Assembly (NCBI RefSeq): GCF_001194135.2
Contig: NC_068984.1
Span: forward strand, 109,617,235-109,677,379
Direction: 5' to 3'
Length of the DNA stretch: 60,145 nucleotides
Source: Octopus bimaculoides
Lineage: Eukaryota
Each line of letters begins with the position of its first letter. Within the stretch, counting starts at the first letter, position 1. Positions 35,276 to 47,553 of this stretch are shown one piece after another. The notes below the pieces were generated by a model. It had not been told where the DNA came from, searched no databases, and saw only the letters and a program-made list of their open reading frames with translations. The position numbers were made by a program, and so were the translations under genes.

Positions 35276-35754
35276 AGTAAAATCGATACGAATATAGCCG
35301 TTAGGGATAGCCATTAGGGGTAAAGAAATAAAAAGAACATTAGGATAGAAAAATGGAAAAAGAATAATGCTTATTTTACCCTAAGTATTGAAAAAGTACC
35401 GTTAAAATGGTCATGTCAAAAAACGTGATGGAACTCTCTGTCCAGCCTAATATATATCTATTTGAGGGTATTTTTTTCACTACTTACGTTAAGATAAACA
35501 TACATTTTTCTGCTTTCATCATACCGTGATGTTTGGAATACGTGCATTTCAGTTATTCCCTTTTCTTTCTCTGTCCTTTCCCCTCTCCTTTCAGAATAGG
35601 AACGTTTACTCGAAGCGCTAAAGTAATTTTTTTTTTGTTTGCCCGTTTCCTGAGAGGTAAAGTAATGCTAACTTCGTGTTTAATATTGTATCTCGTCTTT
35701 GTGCTGTATTTTTCGTCAGCTTCCCAGTATATAATATCTGTATGTGTGTGTGTG

Positions 35755-35925
35755 TGTGTGTCAGTTTGTTTACATTCCCATAACTCAGAAGTTCACTAAA
35801 AGCAGCCGATAAAATAAATAGCAAACTTAAAAATAAGTACTCTGGTCGACGTGTTCAACTAAAATTCTTCAAGGTGGTGTGTTCCATCATAGATGCAGTC
35901 CAGTGACTGAAACAAGTAAAGAATT
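35755..35925 (+). mobile_element. SINE family A, diverged 3' half
   Basis: (TG)n, then GCCGATAAAATAAATA...TTCAAGGTGGTG...CAGTGACTGAAACAAGTAAAG. Confidence 0.75.
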
Positions 35926-36351
35926 AAAATATGTAAGTTCAATGAAAATAAGGGCAATATCTTTGATTTCAAATTATATGCAGTTATACATACTATTATG
36001 AGATCTTTTTCTAAATATTGATATTAGTGGATAATAGTAGGCCTGTAGTGCTTTTATGTTTATTTTTATTTGATTCAATGATACATGAATTATCTTGAAA
36101 TTTCATTATGAACTTACTTAAAAAATTTTGAAATTTGTGGATTTTTCTTAACCTGATCCATTTTTACCAAGTTAAGATCTGTTCCAGACATCCCAGTTCA
36201 GTTTTTGTTGAAAGGATTTTTTGTCGCCCTATTAGGACTGGTCAGATGGGATATTGATATTTACAGTTCTATATTTAAGAGATGAGAAATTATGTACATT
36301 ATTTACATTATTTACATTTGACGGATATTTGTCCTCATCGTGTTTGTTGTT

Positions 36352-36395
36352 AACAACGTTTCGGCTGATATACCCTCCAGCCTTCATCAGGTGTC
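36352..36395 (-). ncRNA. Hammerhead motif (family 1), stem I damaged by a 2-nt deletion
   Basis: GACAC-CTGATGA-A-GGCTG-loop-CAGCC-GAAACGTT-GTTAAC; lacks GT relative to the other two copies. Confidence 0.6.
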
Positions 36396-36442
36396 TTGGG
36401 GAAATTTCGAACCTGGGTTCTCATTCCTAAGGTATTTTTCGA

Positions 36443-36473
<31 letters not shown>

Positions 36474-36475
36474 TT

Positions 36476-36582
36476 ATGTTTGACTTTTGTTTTGCATTTG
36501 TACAAGTTGGAACCAAGTCTCACCCAGAGACCTCAAGAGACAACAAGTTAGAAGTTCATGTAGGTGTTATGCCTAGGGTACC
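36476..36582 (-). mobile_element. R4/Dong-type LINE 3' UTR end inserted in (TAA)n
   Basis: Homologous to 45339-45445 and ends directly in (AAT)n on the minus strand. Confidence 0.75.
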
Positions 36583-37369
36583 NNNNNNNNNNNNNNNNNN
36601 NNNNNNNNNNNNNNNNNNNNNNNNNNNNNNNNNNNNNNNNNNNNNNNNNNNNNNNNNNNNNNNNNNNNNNNNNNNNNNNNNNNNNNNNNNNNNNNNNNNN
36701 NNNNNNNNNNNNNNNNNNNNNNNNNNNNNNNNNNNNNNNNNNNNNNNNNNNNNNNNNNNNNNNNNNNNNNNNNNNNNNNNNNNNNNNNNNNNNNNNNNNN
36801 NNNNNNNNNNNNNNNNNNNNNNNNNNNNNNNNNNNNNNNNNNNNNNNNNNNNNNNNNNNNNNNNNNNNNNNNNNNNNNNNNNNNNNNNNNNNNNNNNNNN
36901 NNNNNNNNNNNNNNNNNNNNNNNNNNNNNNNNNNNNNNNNNNNNNNNNNNNNNNNNNNNNNNNNNNNNNNNNNNNNNNNNNNNNNNNNNNNNNNNNNNNN
37001 NNNNNNNNNNNNNNNNNNNNNNNNNNNNNNNNNNNNNNNNNNNNNNNNNNNNNNNNNNNNNNNNNNNNNNNNNNNNNNNNNNNNNNNNNNNNNNNNNNNN
37101 NNNNNNNNNNNNNNNNNNNNNNNNNNNNNNNNNNNNNNNNNNNNNNNNNNNNNNNNNNNNNNNNNNNNNNNNNNNNNNNNNNNNNNNNNNNNNNNNNNNN
37201 NNNNNNNNNNNNNNNNNNNNNNNNNNNNNNNNNNNNNNNNNNNNNNNNNNNNNNNNNNNNNNNNNNNNNNNNNNNNNNNNNNNNNNNNNNNNNNNNNNNN
37301 NNNNNNNNNNNNNNNNNNNNNNNNNNNNNNNNNNNNNNNNNNNNNNNNNNNNNNNNNNNNNNNNNNNNN

Positions 37370-37540
<171 letters not shown>

Positions 37541-37543
37541 ACT

Positions 37544-37668
37544 GAATGAGAACCCAGGTTCGAAATTTCCCCAAGACACCTGATGAAGGCTGGAGGGTAT
37601 ATCAGCCGAAACGTTGTGTTAACAACAAACAAGATGAGGACGAATATCCGTCAAATGTACATAATGTA
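37544..37668 (+). mobile_element. Inverted partial copy of the HHR family 1 tail, abutting the SINE head
   Basis: Reverse complement of about 36290-36425; begins 3 nt from the first base of the tRNA head. Confidence 0.9.
37575..37620 (+). ncRNA. Minimal type I hammerhead ribozyme (family 1), structurally intact
   Basis: GACAC-CTGATGA-A-GGCTG-gagggtatat-CAGCC-GAAA-C-G-T-T-GTGTT: stem I GACAC/GTGTT, 5-bp stem II, loopless palindromic stem III ACGT, GUU site. Confidence 0.8.
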
Positions 37669-37859
37669 TTGATATTTAGTTAGGCTGATTTAAGCTGCAT
37701 GTTGTTACCCATATTAAAACCAAGTCTATTTGAAGTTTTCGAGGAAGCCTTTTACTTATACATAAACATAACTATGATCACAATAGTTGTTTGCTGGAAG
37801 CTGTATCACTGATTACCAGTAGTAAGTTATGTATGTATGTTGATCAAAAATTAGCTACA

Positions 37860-37930
37860 TCAAAGTCGTTCCAGTTGTGACCATCCTAACATTTCCTTTC
37901 AGGCAATGTATCGAAAACTACATTATCCAC
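37860..37930. repeat. Dispersed repeat family F fragment
   Basis: TTCCAGTTGTGACCATCC...GTATCGAAAACTACATTATCCA; the reverse complement contains GGATAATGTAG...GATAC. Confidence 0.6.
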
Positions 37931-38347
37931 TGAAACAAGTAAAAGAGTAACTCTTTCAAATATACTTGAAACTCTGTTTAACTTCAACCCTTAGTTATTT
38001 CAATAACATGCTAACTTAAATCATTAAATATATAAACATGGAGTTAATACCACTCTTTAAAATTACTAGCCTTGTGCCAAAATATGAAATCATTATTATT
38101 ACTGTTATCTTACTAAGTTATTGTGATATCATCATCAAGTCTGTTAGGGTGGCACAGACGATAACATGCCAGGTAATAATTATACTCATTGATCCATGAC
38201 TGAGTTCAAATCTTGCCAGTTAACTTCGAATTGCATTTTATTCCACCGTTAGATTGCAGTAAATATCTACTATATTCAGTTCAGTAGACTTCAGGTGTTC
38301 CAACACACTATCTATGCATGTGTATGTATGTATGTATGTATGTATGA

Positions 38348-38702
38348 TTTAAGGACTGTGTCACGTCCTCCTTAAAGGCCTGCGATATGCATGACACTGA
38401 CTAGGAGAACAGTGCTTGTCATCGCCACGGATGGAGGAAACAGGTTAAGGAGGGGATCGACACTTTTGAGAGAGCACTTATCCAGCATGAAGAACTTAAG
38501 CGAGCTGCGCGAAAGCGCACGGCTCGTATAGTGAATGGGGAAAGCTTGGTCTGCAATGTTTGCAGTCGTATATGCTTGTGAAGAGCAGGGCTCATTAGCC
38601 ACCAACGGAGCTGCAAATGCAAAATATAAGTTAGTCCTAGAGCGCACAATGCTCCTGAAGGTCGGCAATGGTCTTCTTCGGTCACGAGTGGACGGCCATC
38701 AT
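38348..38702 (+). mobile_element. RTE-clade LINE 3' end with C-terminal zinc-finger-like motif
   Basis: FKDCVTSSLKAC...*ENSACHRHGWRKQVKEGIDTFE...KRAARKR...LVCNVCSRICL*RAGLISHQRSC (CxxC...HxxxC), followed by a short 3' UTR; flanked by TATG repeats. Confidence 0.85.
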
Positions 38703-38768
38703 GTATTTATGTATGAATGTATAGGTATACAACTTACGTTATGCAATAGAAACTCATTCAAGGGTTAG

Positions 38769-38988
38769 TCTTTTTCGCTTTTAACCGGCTATATCCGGCA
38801 CAAATATTCTACCTGTTTTGTGTTAAAACTGACCAGATCTGGCCTCTCACACCTACATGACAGTGTCAGTTTAAAAATAAACCACCACGTCATCGAAATC
38901 GCAAAGCAATAAGATAATGCATGATTAGTTCAATACAATATGAATAAATAAGCATTATAGTTGACGGAGTAAGCTCAATGTTAAGGGG
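38769..38988. mobile_element. piggyBac-like MITE, second copy
   Basis: Shares AAATATTCTAC, CCAGATCTGGCCTCTCAC and GATAATGCATGATTA...TGAATAAATAAG with 23328-23561; right end AATGTTAAGGGG. Confidence 0.6.
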
Positions 38989-39937
38989 CTAAGGAATTCT
39001 AAACGGCTAAGGGATTATTAACTGAGGCGGAATACACCAAAAACCGGGTAGAGCAGTGGGTAGAAACTACAACATCAGGACTCTTCACTTAATATAACGG
39101 ATGATTTAAGAGAGATTTGCCTGCTATTTTTAGCGTGTTCAACGACCGTATATAGTCCTCTCTTTTTTTAACTCTGTGGTAAGGTGTTTCTCAGATGGCA
39201 TCAGTACAAGAATAGATAATTCATTTCTTCTCAAGAAATCTCCTTTCTCGGTGATAAAGAACCACAGTTTGGCAATTGCATTTCACTTATTCTTTCTTAT
39301 TTCCTTAAAATACATGCCTGGGTTTACACTTGGTGATACTGGACATGTATGGGTGACAGGTGAAGCTTACTTTTACGTTGCTCTTATTGCAAATGCCGTC
39401 GTAGTAAACTCTTACAGGGTAACATGACCAAAAGTTATTTTAGAAAGCTGAACAAATAGCAAAATATAGAAAGATCTCCATGCTAATCCTGTCAACCCAG
39501 TTCACTGATCAGTGCAGGTGGTCAGACAAAGCTGGCTATAGGAAGATATTAAGTATAAGTTTGGAATATTGGTGGTGTACATCTTACATATATAGATATA
39601 TAATTACATACTCGTATCTATCTATACACGCATAGGCAAGAACATAAATACAAAGATACAGACATCTCTGTGTGCATACATACATACATAAAGATGGGCG
39701 TTCATAAATTTATATAAAATCCGTGTTTGCGTACACACATGCGTGCATACACAAAGAGGAATAATTAGTATGACTGTGTATATAGACACACAAGCACATA
39801 TATATATATACTTACATGTGTATCATATATGAATATATATATATATTTATATATATATATACATACATACACACACACATATATCTGTCTTTCTGTGTAT
39901 CTCCCTGTCTCTGTTTTCTGTCAGTCTGTCTGTATAT

Positions 39938-40066
39938 ATGTAAGTAGCTTGCTTACTAACCACATGGTTCCAGGTTCAGTCCCACTGCGTGGCACCTTGA
40001 GCAAGTGTCTTCTACTATAGCCTCGGGCCGACCAAAGCCTTGTAAGTGGATTTGTTGAACGGAAAC
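39938..40066 (+). mobile_element. SINE family A, head half
   Basis: GTAAGTAGCTTGCTTACTAACCACATGGTTCCAGGTTCAGTCCC...GTGGATTTG. Confidence 0.9.
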
Positions 40067-40135
40067 AGATAAAATTCTTTGTCTTTTTTCCATATATATA
40101 TATCTATTCGTGTGTTCCTCTTCAACCTTTTATAT

Positions 40136-40166
<31 letters not shown>

Positions 40167-40744
40167 NNNNNNNNNNNNNNNNNNNNNNNNNNNNNNNNNN
40201 NNNNNNNNNNNNNNNNNNNNNNNNNNNNNNNNNNNNNNNNNNNNNNNNNNNNNNNNNNNNNNNNNNNNNNNNNNNNNNNNNNNNNNNNNNNNNNNNNNNN
40301 NNNNNNNNNNNNNNNNNNNNNNNNNNNNNNNNNNNNNNNNNNNNNNNNNNNNNNNNNNNNNNNNNNNNNNNNNNNNNNNNNNNNNNNNNNNNNNNNNNNN
40401 NNNNNNNNNNNNNNNNNNNNNNNNNNNNNNNNNNNNNNNNNNNNNNNNNNNNNNNNNNNNNNNNNNNNNNNNNNNNNNNNNNNNNNNNNNNNNNNNNNNN
40501 NNNNNNNNNNNNNNNNNNNNNNNNNNNNNNNNNNNNNNNNNNNNNNNNNNNNNNNNNNNNNNNNNNNNNNNNNNNNNNNNNNNNNNNNNNNNNNNNNNNN
40601 NNNNNNNNNNNNNNNNNNNNNNNNNNNNNNNNNNNNNNNNNNNNNNNNNNNNNNNNNNNNNNNNNNNNNNNNNNNNNNNNNNNNNNNNNNNNNNNNNNNN
40701 NNNNNNNNNNNNNNNNNNNNNNNNNNNNATATATATATATATAT

Positions 40745-40915
40745 ACATATATGCGACGGGCTTCATTCAGTTTCCGTCTACCAAATCCACTCACAAGGCT
40801 TTGATCGGACCGAGGCTATAGTAGAAGACACTTGTCCAAGGTTCTACGCAGTGGGTCTGAACCCGGCACCATGTGGTTGGTAAGCAAGCTACTTACCACA
40901 CAGCCACTCCTAGGC
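40745..40915 (-). mobile_element. SINE family A, head half
   Basis: CGACGGGCTTCATTCAGTTTCCG...TACTTACCACACAGCCACTCCT. Confidence 0.92.
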
Positions 40916-41288
40916 CTTGATAAGCTTTCGTATAAGATTATTCTATGAATCTCCCTTCAGCGTTGAAGACTACTTCAATGCATAACTGGAATTGTTGATA
41001 TGTTTGCACCAAATTGTCCTTATTCATTCGGAGATCATTTGAACAATAGCAGAGATCAGTAAAGTAAAGATGTTGATTAATTTCCCTTTCAGCAATGCTT
41101 CAAACGTAGGTAGCAGTGATACAAAAGCTAACCGCTAGATACTCGGCCAGACACAACGAGTGAACCCCCATAGTTTCACGTGATCGGCCTATACGTTGAC
41201 CAATCAGAGTGAGGCTGTGGCGTGATGTGGCTTTATCGAATAATTATTCTGTACCCTCTAGCAACCGCTTTTGGCGCTTTTCTAATCG

Positions 41289-42545
41289 CAGAGTGTTGAA
41301 GGCGGCTGGTTATCTTGACCCATCACTCTTGCCAAGCAGAAAATTAACAGACCTCTGTTGCCACGGAGATTAGTGCAATTGACTTAGTATATTTTTTGAC
41401 CGACCATATGTTATCTCACAGATAACTTTCTATAATTTCAAAACAGTTTATTTTTGTCCCAGTCGGCAATTATTTATATTGTTCATTGTAAATAGCCATC
41501 ACTAAATATCTTTATGTCCAGCAAAAAATATTTAGTTAAATGTTTGTGAGTTTGCTTCAGTTATTATTCACGCAGCCAACAAAATGTATCATAATTTCCC
41601 TGCTAAACAATCATCCAAGCCATCTCCCGACAACAGTAGTCAGTCTATAGGTCTTAAATCTGGTGAGTTTGAAGGCAACACGTTCGATGTTACATAACTG
41701 TTACGTGGGCTTTGTGAAAAGGTGGTGAGTTTGTTGAAATATAGTACGTTTTAGTCTTCCTCTGCATACTTTAAAGAACTGTCTCCAGTCCTACAACGTA
41801 TCCAGCAGCATTAATTCTACAACCCTGCGGAAATATGTGAGCTGACATGACATGAACTTCGTTATTGCTCATAAAACCACATGGAAACATCGGGGACATC
41901 AGAATGATAAACAGACAACCACATGGAAACATCGGGGACATCAGAATGATAAACAGACAACGATCTGTCATTTCGTATGTTTGAATCTTGGTTTTTGTCG
42001 AATTTTCTCTCGTCAGAGAAAAACCAAAGTACGCCACATTTGTGAGAGTTTTTAACTTTACTAATTAACCGCTTGGTACGAATCACACGGTTTTTCTGTG
42101 TCTTTGTACACATGAACTGGTCTCTCCTCAGTACATAAGTCATTTCTGAAATGTCTTCATGCATCAAATTACTGATAGTCCACTCCGAAACCTGAAACTC
42201 TTGGGTGATGCCTCTCATTGATTGCCTGGGATTATCATTGAGAATGTTTTTAATTCGACGACTGAATTTTAGTGGCCTTATTGTGTACGAGCGTTTAAAA
42301 AGTTTTTGTTCTCTTTGCTATAGTTGAAATGTTCCAACCAGATCCTTCAAATTCTGTCCACATTTGCAACATCTCTTGCAAAGTCATTGTCTCCTGTACA
42401 TGACTGCAACAATGACTGCATGTCGCATCATTTTATTTGCATGTCTCGTCATTTTCATATACATATCAAAACTATAAAAAGCTTTTGATTGGCTTCAAGA
42501 GTGTAACATATTGATAATTATCCTCAAATAACCCCGCACACTCTG
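41289..42545 (-). mobile_element. maT (DD37D-type) transposon relic
   Basis: Remnants MRHAVIVAV, DNPRQSMRGITQEFQVSEWTI, WFFSDERKFDKNQ..N.RNDR, HIFPQGCRINA, FHKAHVT and PSNSPDLRPID. The 5' end is CAGAGTGTGCGGGGTTATTTGA at 42545; a degenerate partner near 41289 is uncertain. Confidence 0.8.
41875..41958. repeat. Perfect 42-bp tandem duplication inside the maT relic
   Basis: AACCACATGGAAACATCGGGGACATCAGAATGATAAACAGAC twice; gives LSVYHSDVPDVSMW twice. Confidence 0.95.
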
Positions 42546-42810
42546 TGTGTATGTGTATATATATGAGTGCGTCTGTGTCTGTGCAGGGGTGAGTGTGTGC
42601 ATGTAACACATATTTACATACATACATATTCCATTCCAGGAATGGAGTAAGCAGAGCAAGAGTGCACACGAAAGATTTGACGAAAGATTTCCCGACAATG
42701 GACAAGAGTTATAATGAGAACAGTAATTAACGAGTGAAGAACAAAAGTATAGTGCGTGCTTTCATTTGGCAAAAATAAAAAAGAAATGACCATCCCGAAA
42801 TACAACAATG

Positions 42811-43331
42811 TAGAATAGTGGTATAACAAGGCACAAATATTCAGAGGAAATTATATTTCTACTTTTTCGGTGCTTTATTTTACTGGAAAGTAATACATTT
42901 GTATTGCAATATTTTATTTTTCATTGAAAGCTTTTTCTCTGTTTTCGGTTCTGTTAACGGCTAAGCGTTCAGGTGAGTATACTTGGCATGGATGTAGCAA
43001 TATTTGAAATATTGTCCAGGTAAATCCATCTGATGGAGACTAATCAATTTTGCGTTGACAAACGTATTTGAAGAGTCCGAAACCTAGGTACTGGATTATC
43101 CGATTCTGGGTTGTCCATTTATCTAATGTTCTTCCTGGAGATAAGACAATATTTTTCATGTTTGTTGCACTCACACATCTTTGCCAGTATATACGCAGTA
43201 AAGATTTACTATAGCGTCGTAAATGTATCGACTGCTGTTTCCAGTGAATATTGGTGCCTTGTTGTACCACTACTCTATACTTCTACCTATACGGTGCTTT
43301 ATTTTACTAGAAAGTAATACATTTGTATTGC

Positions 43332-43337
<6 letters not shown>
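42811..43337 (+). mobile_element. Retrozyme/Penelope-like non-coding element: 424-nt monomer with terminal direct repeat (HHR family 3)
   Basis: Direct repeat 42857-42913 / 43281-43337 (57 nt, 4 mismatches). 42811-42850 is an inverted copy of 43238-43277 (5 mismatches in 40). One internal hammerhead motif; the 3' end runs into (TA)n. Confidence 0.8.
43024..43096 (+). ncRNA. Decayed type I hammerhead ribozyme motif (family 3)
   Basis: ATCCAT-CTGATGG-AGACT-(extended hairpin)-AGTCC-GAAA-C-CTAG-G-TA-CTGGAT: palindromic stem III ACCTAGGT, GUA site. Three substitutions from an ideal motif. Confidence 0.7.
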
Positions 43338-43380
<43 letters not shown>

Positions 43381-44073
43381 NNNNNNNNNNNNNNNNNNNN
43401 NNNNNNNNNNNNNNNNNNNNNNNNNNNNNNNNNNNNNNNNNNNNNNNNNNNNNNNNNNNNNNNNNNNNNNNNNNNNNNNNNNNNNNNNNNNNNNNNNNNN
43501 NNNNNNNNNNNNNNNNNNNNNNNNNNNNNNNNNNNNNNNNNNNNNNNNNNNNNNNNNNNNNNNNNNNNNNNNNNNNNNNNNNNNNNNNNNNNNNNNNNNN
43601 NNNNNNNNNNNNNNNNNNNNNNNNNNNNNNNNNNNNNNNNNNNNNNNNNNNNNNNNNNNNNNNNNNNNNNNNNNNNNNNNNNNNNNNNNNNNNNNNNNNN
43701 NNNNNNNNNNNNNNNNNNNNNNNNNNNNNNNNNNNNNNNNNNNNNNNNNNNNNNNNNNNNNNNNNNNNNNNNNNNNNNNNNNNNNNNNNNNNNNNNNNNN
43801 NNNNNNNNNNNNNNNNNNNNNNNNNNNNNNNNNNNNNNNNNNNNNNNNNNNNNNNNNNNNNNNNNNNNNNNNNNNNNNNNNNNNNNNNNNNNNNNNNNNN
43901 NNNNNNNNNNNNNNNNNNNNNNNNNNNNNNNNNNNNNNNNNNNNNNNNNNNNNNNNNNNNNNNNNNNNNNNNNNNNNNNNNNNNNNNNNNNNNNNNNNNN
44001 NNNNNNNNNNNNNNNNNNNNNNNNNNNNNNNNNNNNNNNNNNNNNNNNNNNNNNNNNNNNNNNNNNNNNNNNN

Positions 44074-44135
<62 letters not shown>

Positions 44136-44225
44136 GTATACATATATATATGCATATATATATATATACATATATGTATATACATAGATGCATATAAGCA
44201 TATATATATATATATACATATACAT

Positions 44226-44260
<35 letters not shown>

Positions 44261-44577
44261 CGTATGTATGTACGTATGTATGTATGAGTGTGTATACATA
44301 CATGAACAATTATATATATAAATATATGTGTGTGTGTGTGTGAATTTCACACGCATTGACACACGCACATTCACTTTATTATACTTAAGCAAATAAGTTA
44401 CAAAATGGCACATGAGTTTCGCCCACGATACTGCCACACACGAAACTATCGTACTTCTAGAGATGTATGAAACTTTTAGTGATTTACAATATGTTTTTGT
44501 GTATAATATAATATACATACATACATACATGTATATATATACACACACACACACATATATATATGCATATATATATA

Positions 44578-44608
<31 letters not shown>

Positions 44609-45281
44609 NNNNNNNNNNNNNNNNNNNNNNNNNNNNNNNNNNNNNNNNNNNNNNNNNNNNNNNNNNNNNNNNNNNNNNNNNNNNNNNNNNNNNNNNNNNN
44701 NNNNNNNNNNNNNNNNNNNNNNNNNNNNNNNNNNNNNNNNNNNNNNNNNNNNNNNNNNNNNNNNNNNNNNNNNNNNNNNNNNNNNNNNNNNNNNNNNNNN
44801 NNNNNNNNNNNNNNNNNNNNNNNNNNNNNNNNNNNNNNNNNNNNNNNNNNNNNNNNNNNNNNNNNNNNNNNNNNNNNNNNNNNNNNNNNNNNNNNNNNNN
44901 NNNNNNNNNNNNNNNNNNNNNNNNNNNNNNNNNNNNNNNNNNNNNNNNNNNNNNNNNNNNNNNNNNNNNNNNNNNNNNNNNNNNNNNNNNNNNNNNNNNN
45001 NNNNNNNNNNNNNNNNNNNNNNNNNNNNNNNNNNNNNNNNNNNNNNNNNNNNNNNNNNNNNNNNNNNNNNNNNNNNNNNNNNNNNNNNNNNNNNNNNNNN
45101 NNNNNNNNNNNNNNNNNNNNNNNNNNNNNNNNNNNNNNNNNNNNNNNNNNNNNNNNNNNNNNNNNNNNNNNNNNNNNNNNNNNNNNNNNNNNNNNNNNNN
45201 NNNNNNNNNNNNNNNNNNNNNNNNATATATATATAAAACATATATGTGTGTATATATATATAAGCAAATCCTCCACCTCCC

Positions 45282-45312
<31 letters not shown>

Positions 45313-45338
45313 GTTAATATTATTATTATTACTATTAT

Positions 45339-45610
45339 ATGTTTGACTTTTGCTTTGTATTTGCACAAGTTAACTCTAAGTCACCCCCAGAGACCTCAAG
45401 AGACAACAAGTTAGAAGTTCAAGTTGGTGTTATGCCTAGGGTGTCATATATTTGGTTTTGCACAAAGTACAGTTCTAGAGAATGTTTCGGAAAACATAAA
45501 AAATTTAGAAGTTTGTTTTAAGATTCGGGATTACATAGACTGTATTTTACGTAGGATATGGGCAGTTCCCATGAGCACTACTTTTTTCATTTCTGTGTTT
45601 GTCTTCCTGC
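45339..45610 (-). mobile_element. R4/Dong-clade non-LTR retrotransposon 3' end
   Basis: EMKKVVLMGTAHILRKIQSM* (stop at 45531-45533), the C-terminal motif of R4-type restriction-like-endonuclease ORFs. About 190 nt of 3' UTR follows, ending in (AAT)n at 45317-45337. Confidence 0.8.
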
Positions 45611-46003
45611 CATAGCCTGAACACCAATGCTGCGTTGTTTATGTCCCCCGTAACTTAGCAAAGAATAAATCCCTTCGACGAACACCCTTTAAGCGAGTTT
45701 GATGTGTGTACATGCACATATCTTTGTGTGTACATGCGCACTCATTCATAGCATATTCACCTGCACTGGAACCTGCTCTTCGGGAATATTAAAGAAACTA
45801 TTTTTGTATAAAGTACCCTTCTGAAGATCCAACAGCAGATCTCTTCACTAAGTTGGGTCGTGTTATATGCATACACTACAATAATATCAAGTGCAAACTC
45901 TTCTGCACAGAGTTTGATATCCACTTGACATTGTTTGGGTGTGCAAATTAGATCGACCTAACAAGGTGCCTCAATTTAAGTAGTTAATTCAACTGGATCT
46001 CAA

Positions 46004-46061
<58 letters not shown>

Positions 46062-46350
46062 NNNNNNNNNNNNNNNNNNNNNNNNNNNNNNNNNNNNNNN
46101 NNNNNNNNNNNNNNNNNNNNNNNNNNNNNNNNNNNNNNNNNNNNNNNNNNNNNNNNNNNNNNNNNNNNNNNNNNNNNNNNNNNNNNNNNNNNNNNNNNNN
46201 NNNNNNNNNNNNNNNNNNNNNNNNNNNNNNNNNNNNNNNNNNNNNNNNNNNNNNNNNNNNNNNNNNNNNNNNNNNNNNNNNNNNNNNNNNNNNNNNNNNN
46301 NNNNNNNNNNNNNNNNNNNNNNNNNNNNNNNNNNNNNNNNNNNNNNNNNN

Positions 46351-46389
<39 letters not shown>

Positions 46390-47513
46390 ACACGCATACA
46401 CATACACGTACGCATGTACATGTGTATATATATTCATGTCTGCATATATGCGCATATATATAAGGATATAACATATATGTTATATCTATCTATCTATCTA
46501 TATATCTATCTATCTATGTATATATCTATCTATCTATGTATATATCTATATATATATATATATTTACAGAAACATACATACAATATATAGTCATAGAAAG
46601 AAATACACATACGTTCACGCATGGGTTTCGACATACACACACATATCTACATATAGCTACATACCTACACATGCTTATACGTACGTTCATTTATACGCAA
46701 GTATGTTATACGAGTAGAAGGAAATAAGACCGCACACACGTACTCATTCATGTATGCGTATGCATACACAGATACAAACACACACACACACACTCTCACA
46801 CACACACAAAGGCAAACAAACAAGCACACATACACACACACGCAGAAACACGCAAACGTATACACACGCTTATATGCGTTATTGCCCACAGCAAAATGCG
46901 CGTGCATTTATTACATTAATCCCTGTAATTCTGCTCCACATCATCCAGTGTCTCAATTTATGCAGGCAACCTGCACATATGTGCTCCATATACATACTCT
47001 CAAATACATACGTGCACACGCACTCACGCACGCGTGCACACGCTCACACGTGCGCGTGTACATACATACGTATATACGTACGTACGTACGTACGTACGTA
47101 CAGATGTTTGAGTTGACAAGGTGACAAACAGGAAAGACGCATGTGTGTATCTATATGCGTTTGTGTATGTTTATGTATATGTATGATGTATTTATTTTTA
47201 TTTATTTATGTGTTTCAGCCAAGTGGCTGCGGTCATGCTGGTGCACATATATATAAACGTACAAAATCACATAGAAGTATGTGTGATTATGTACCCTCAA
47301 TATAAATATGTATGTGTAAAGATATATATATAGAGAGAGAGAAAGAGGGAGAGAGAGAGAGAGAAAGAGGGAGAGAGAGAGAGAGAGATAGGGAGAGATA
47401 GAGAGAGAGAGAGAGAGAAAGGTGGGGGAGAGTGAGAGAGAGAGAGGGAGAGATACATAGACAGACAGATATCCGTCCCTCTCTCCCTCTCTCTCTGTTT
47501 ACGCGCACGCACA

Positions 47514-47553
<40 letters not shown>

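Noticed and set aside
44405-44460. CACATGAG...GAAACTATCGTA as a possible further hammerhead
   Set aside because: The core has two mismatches, stems I and II do not form convincingly, and stem III is not palindromic.
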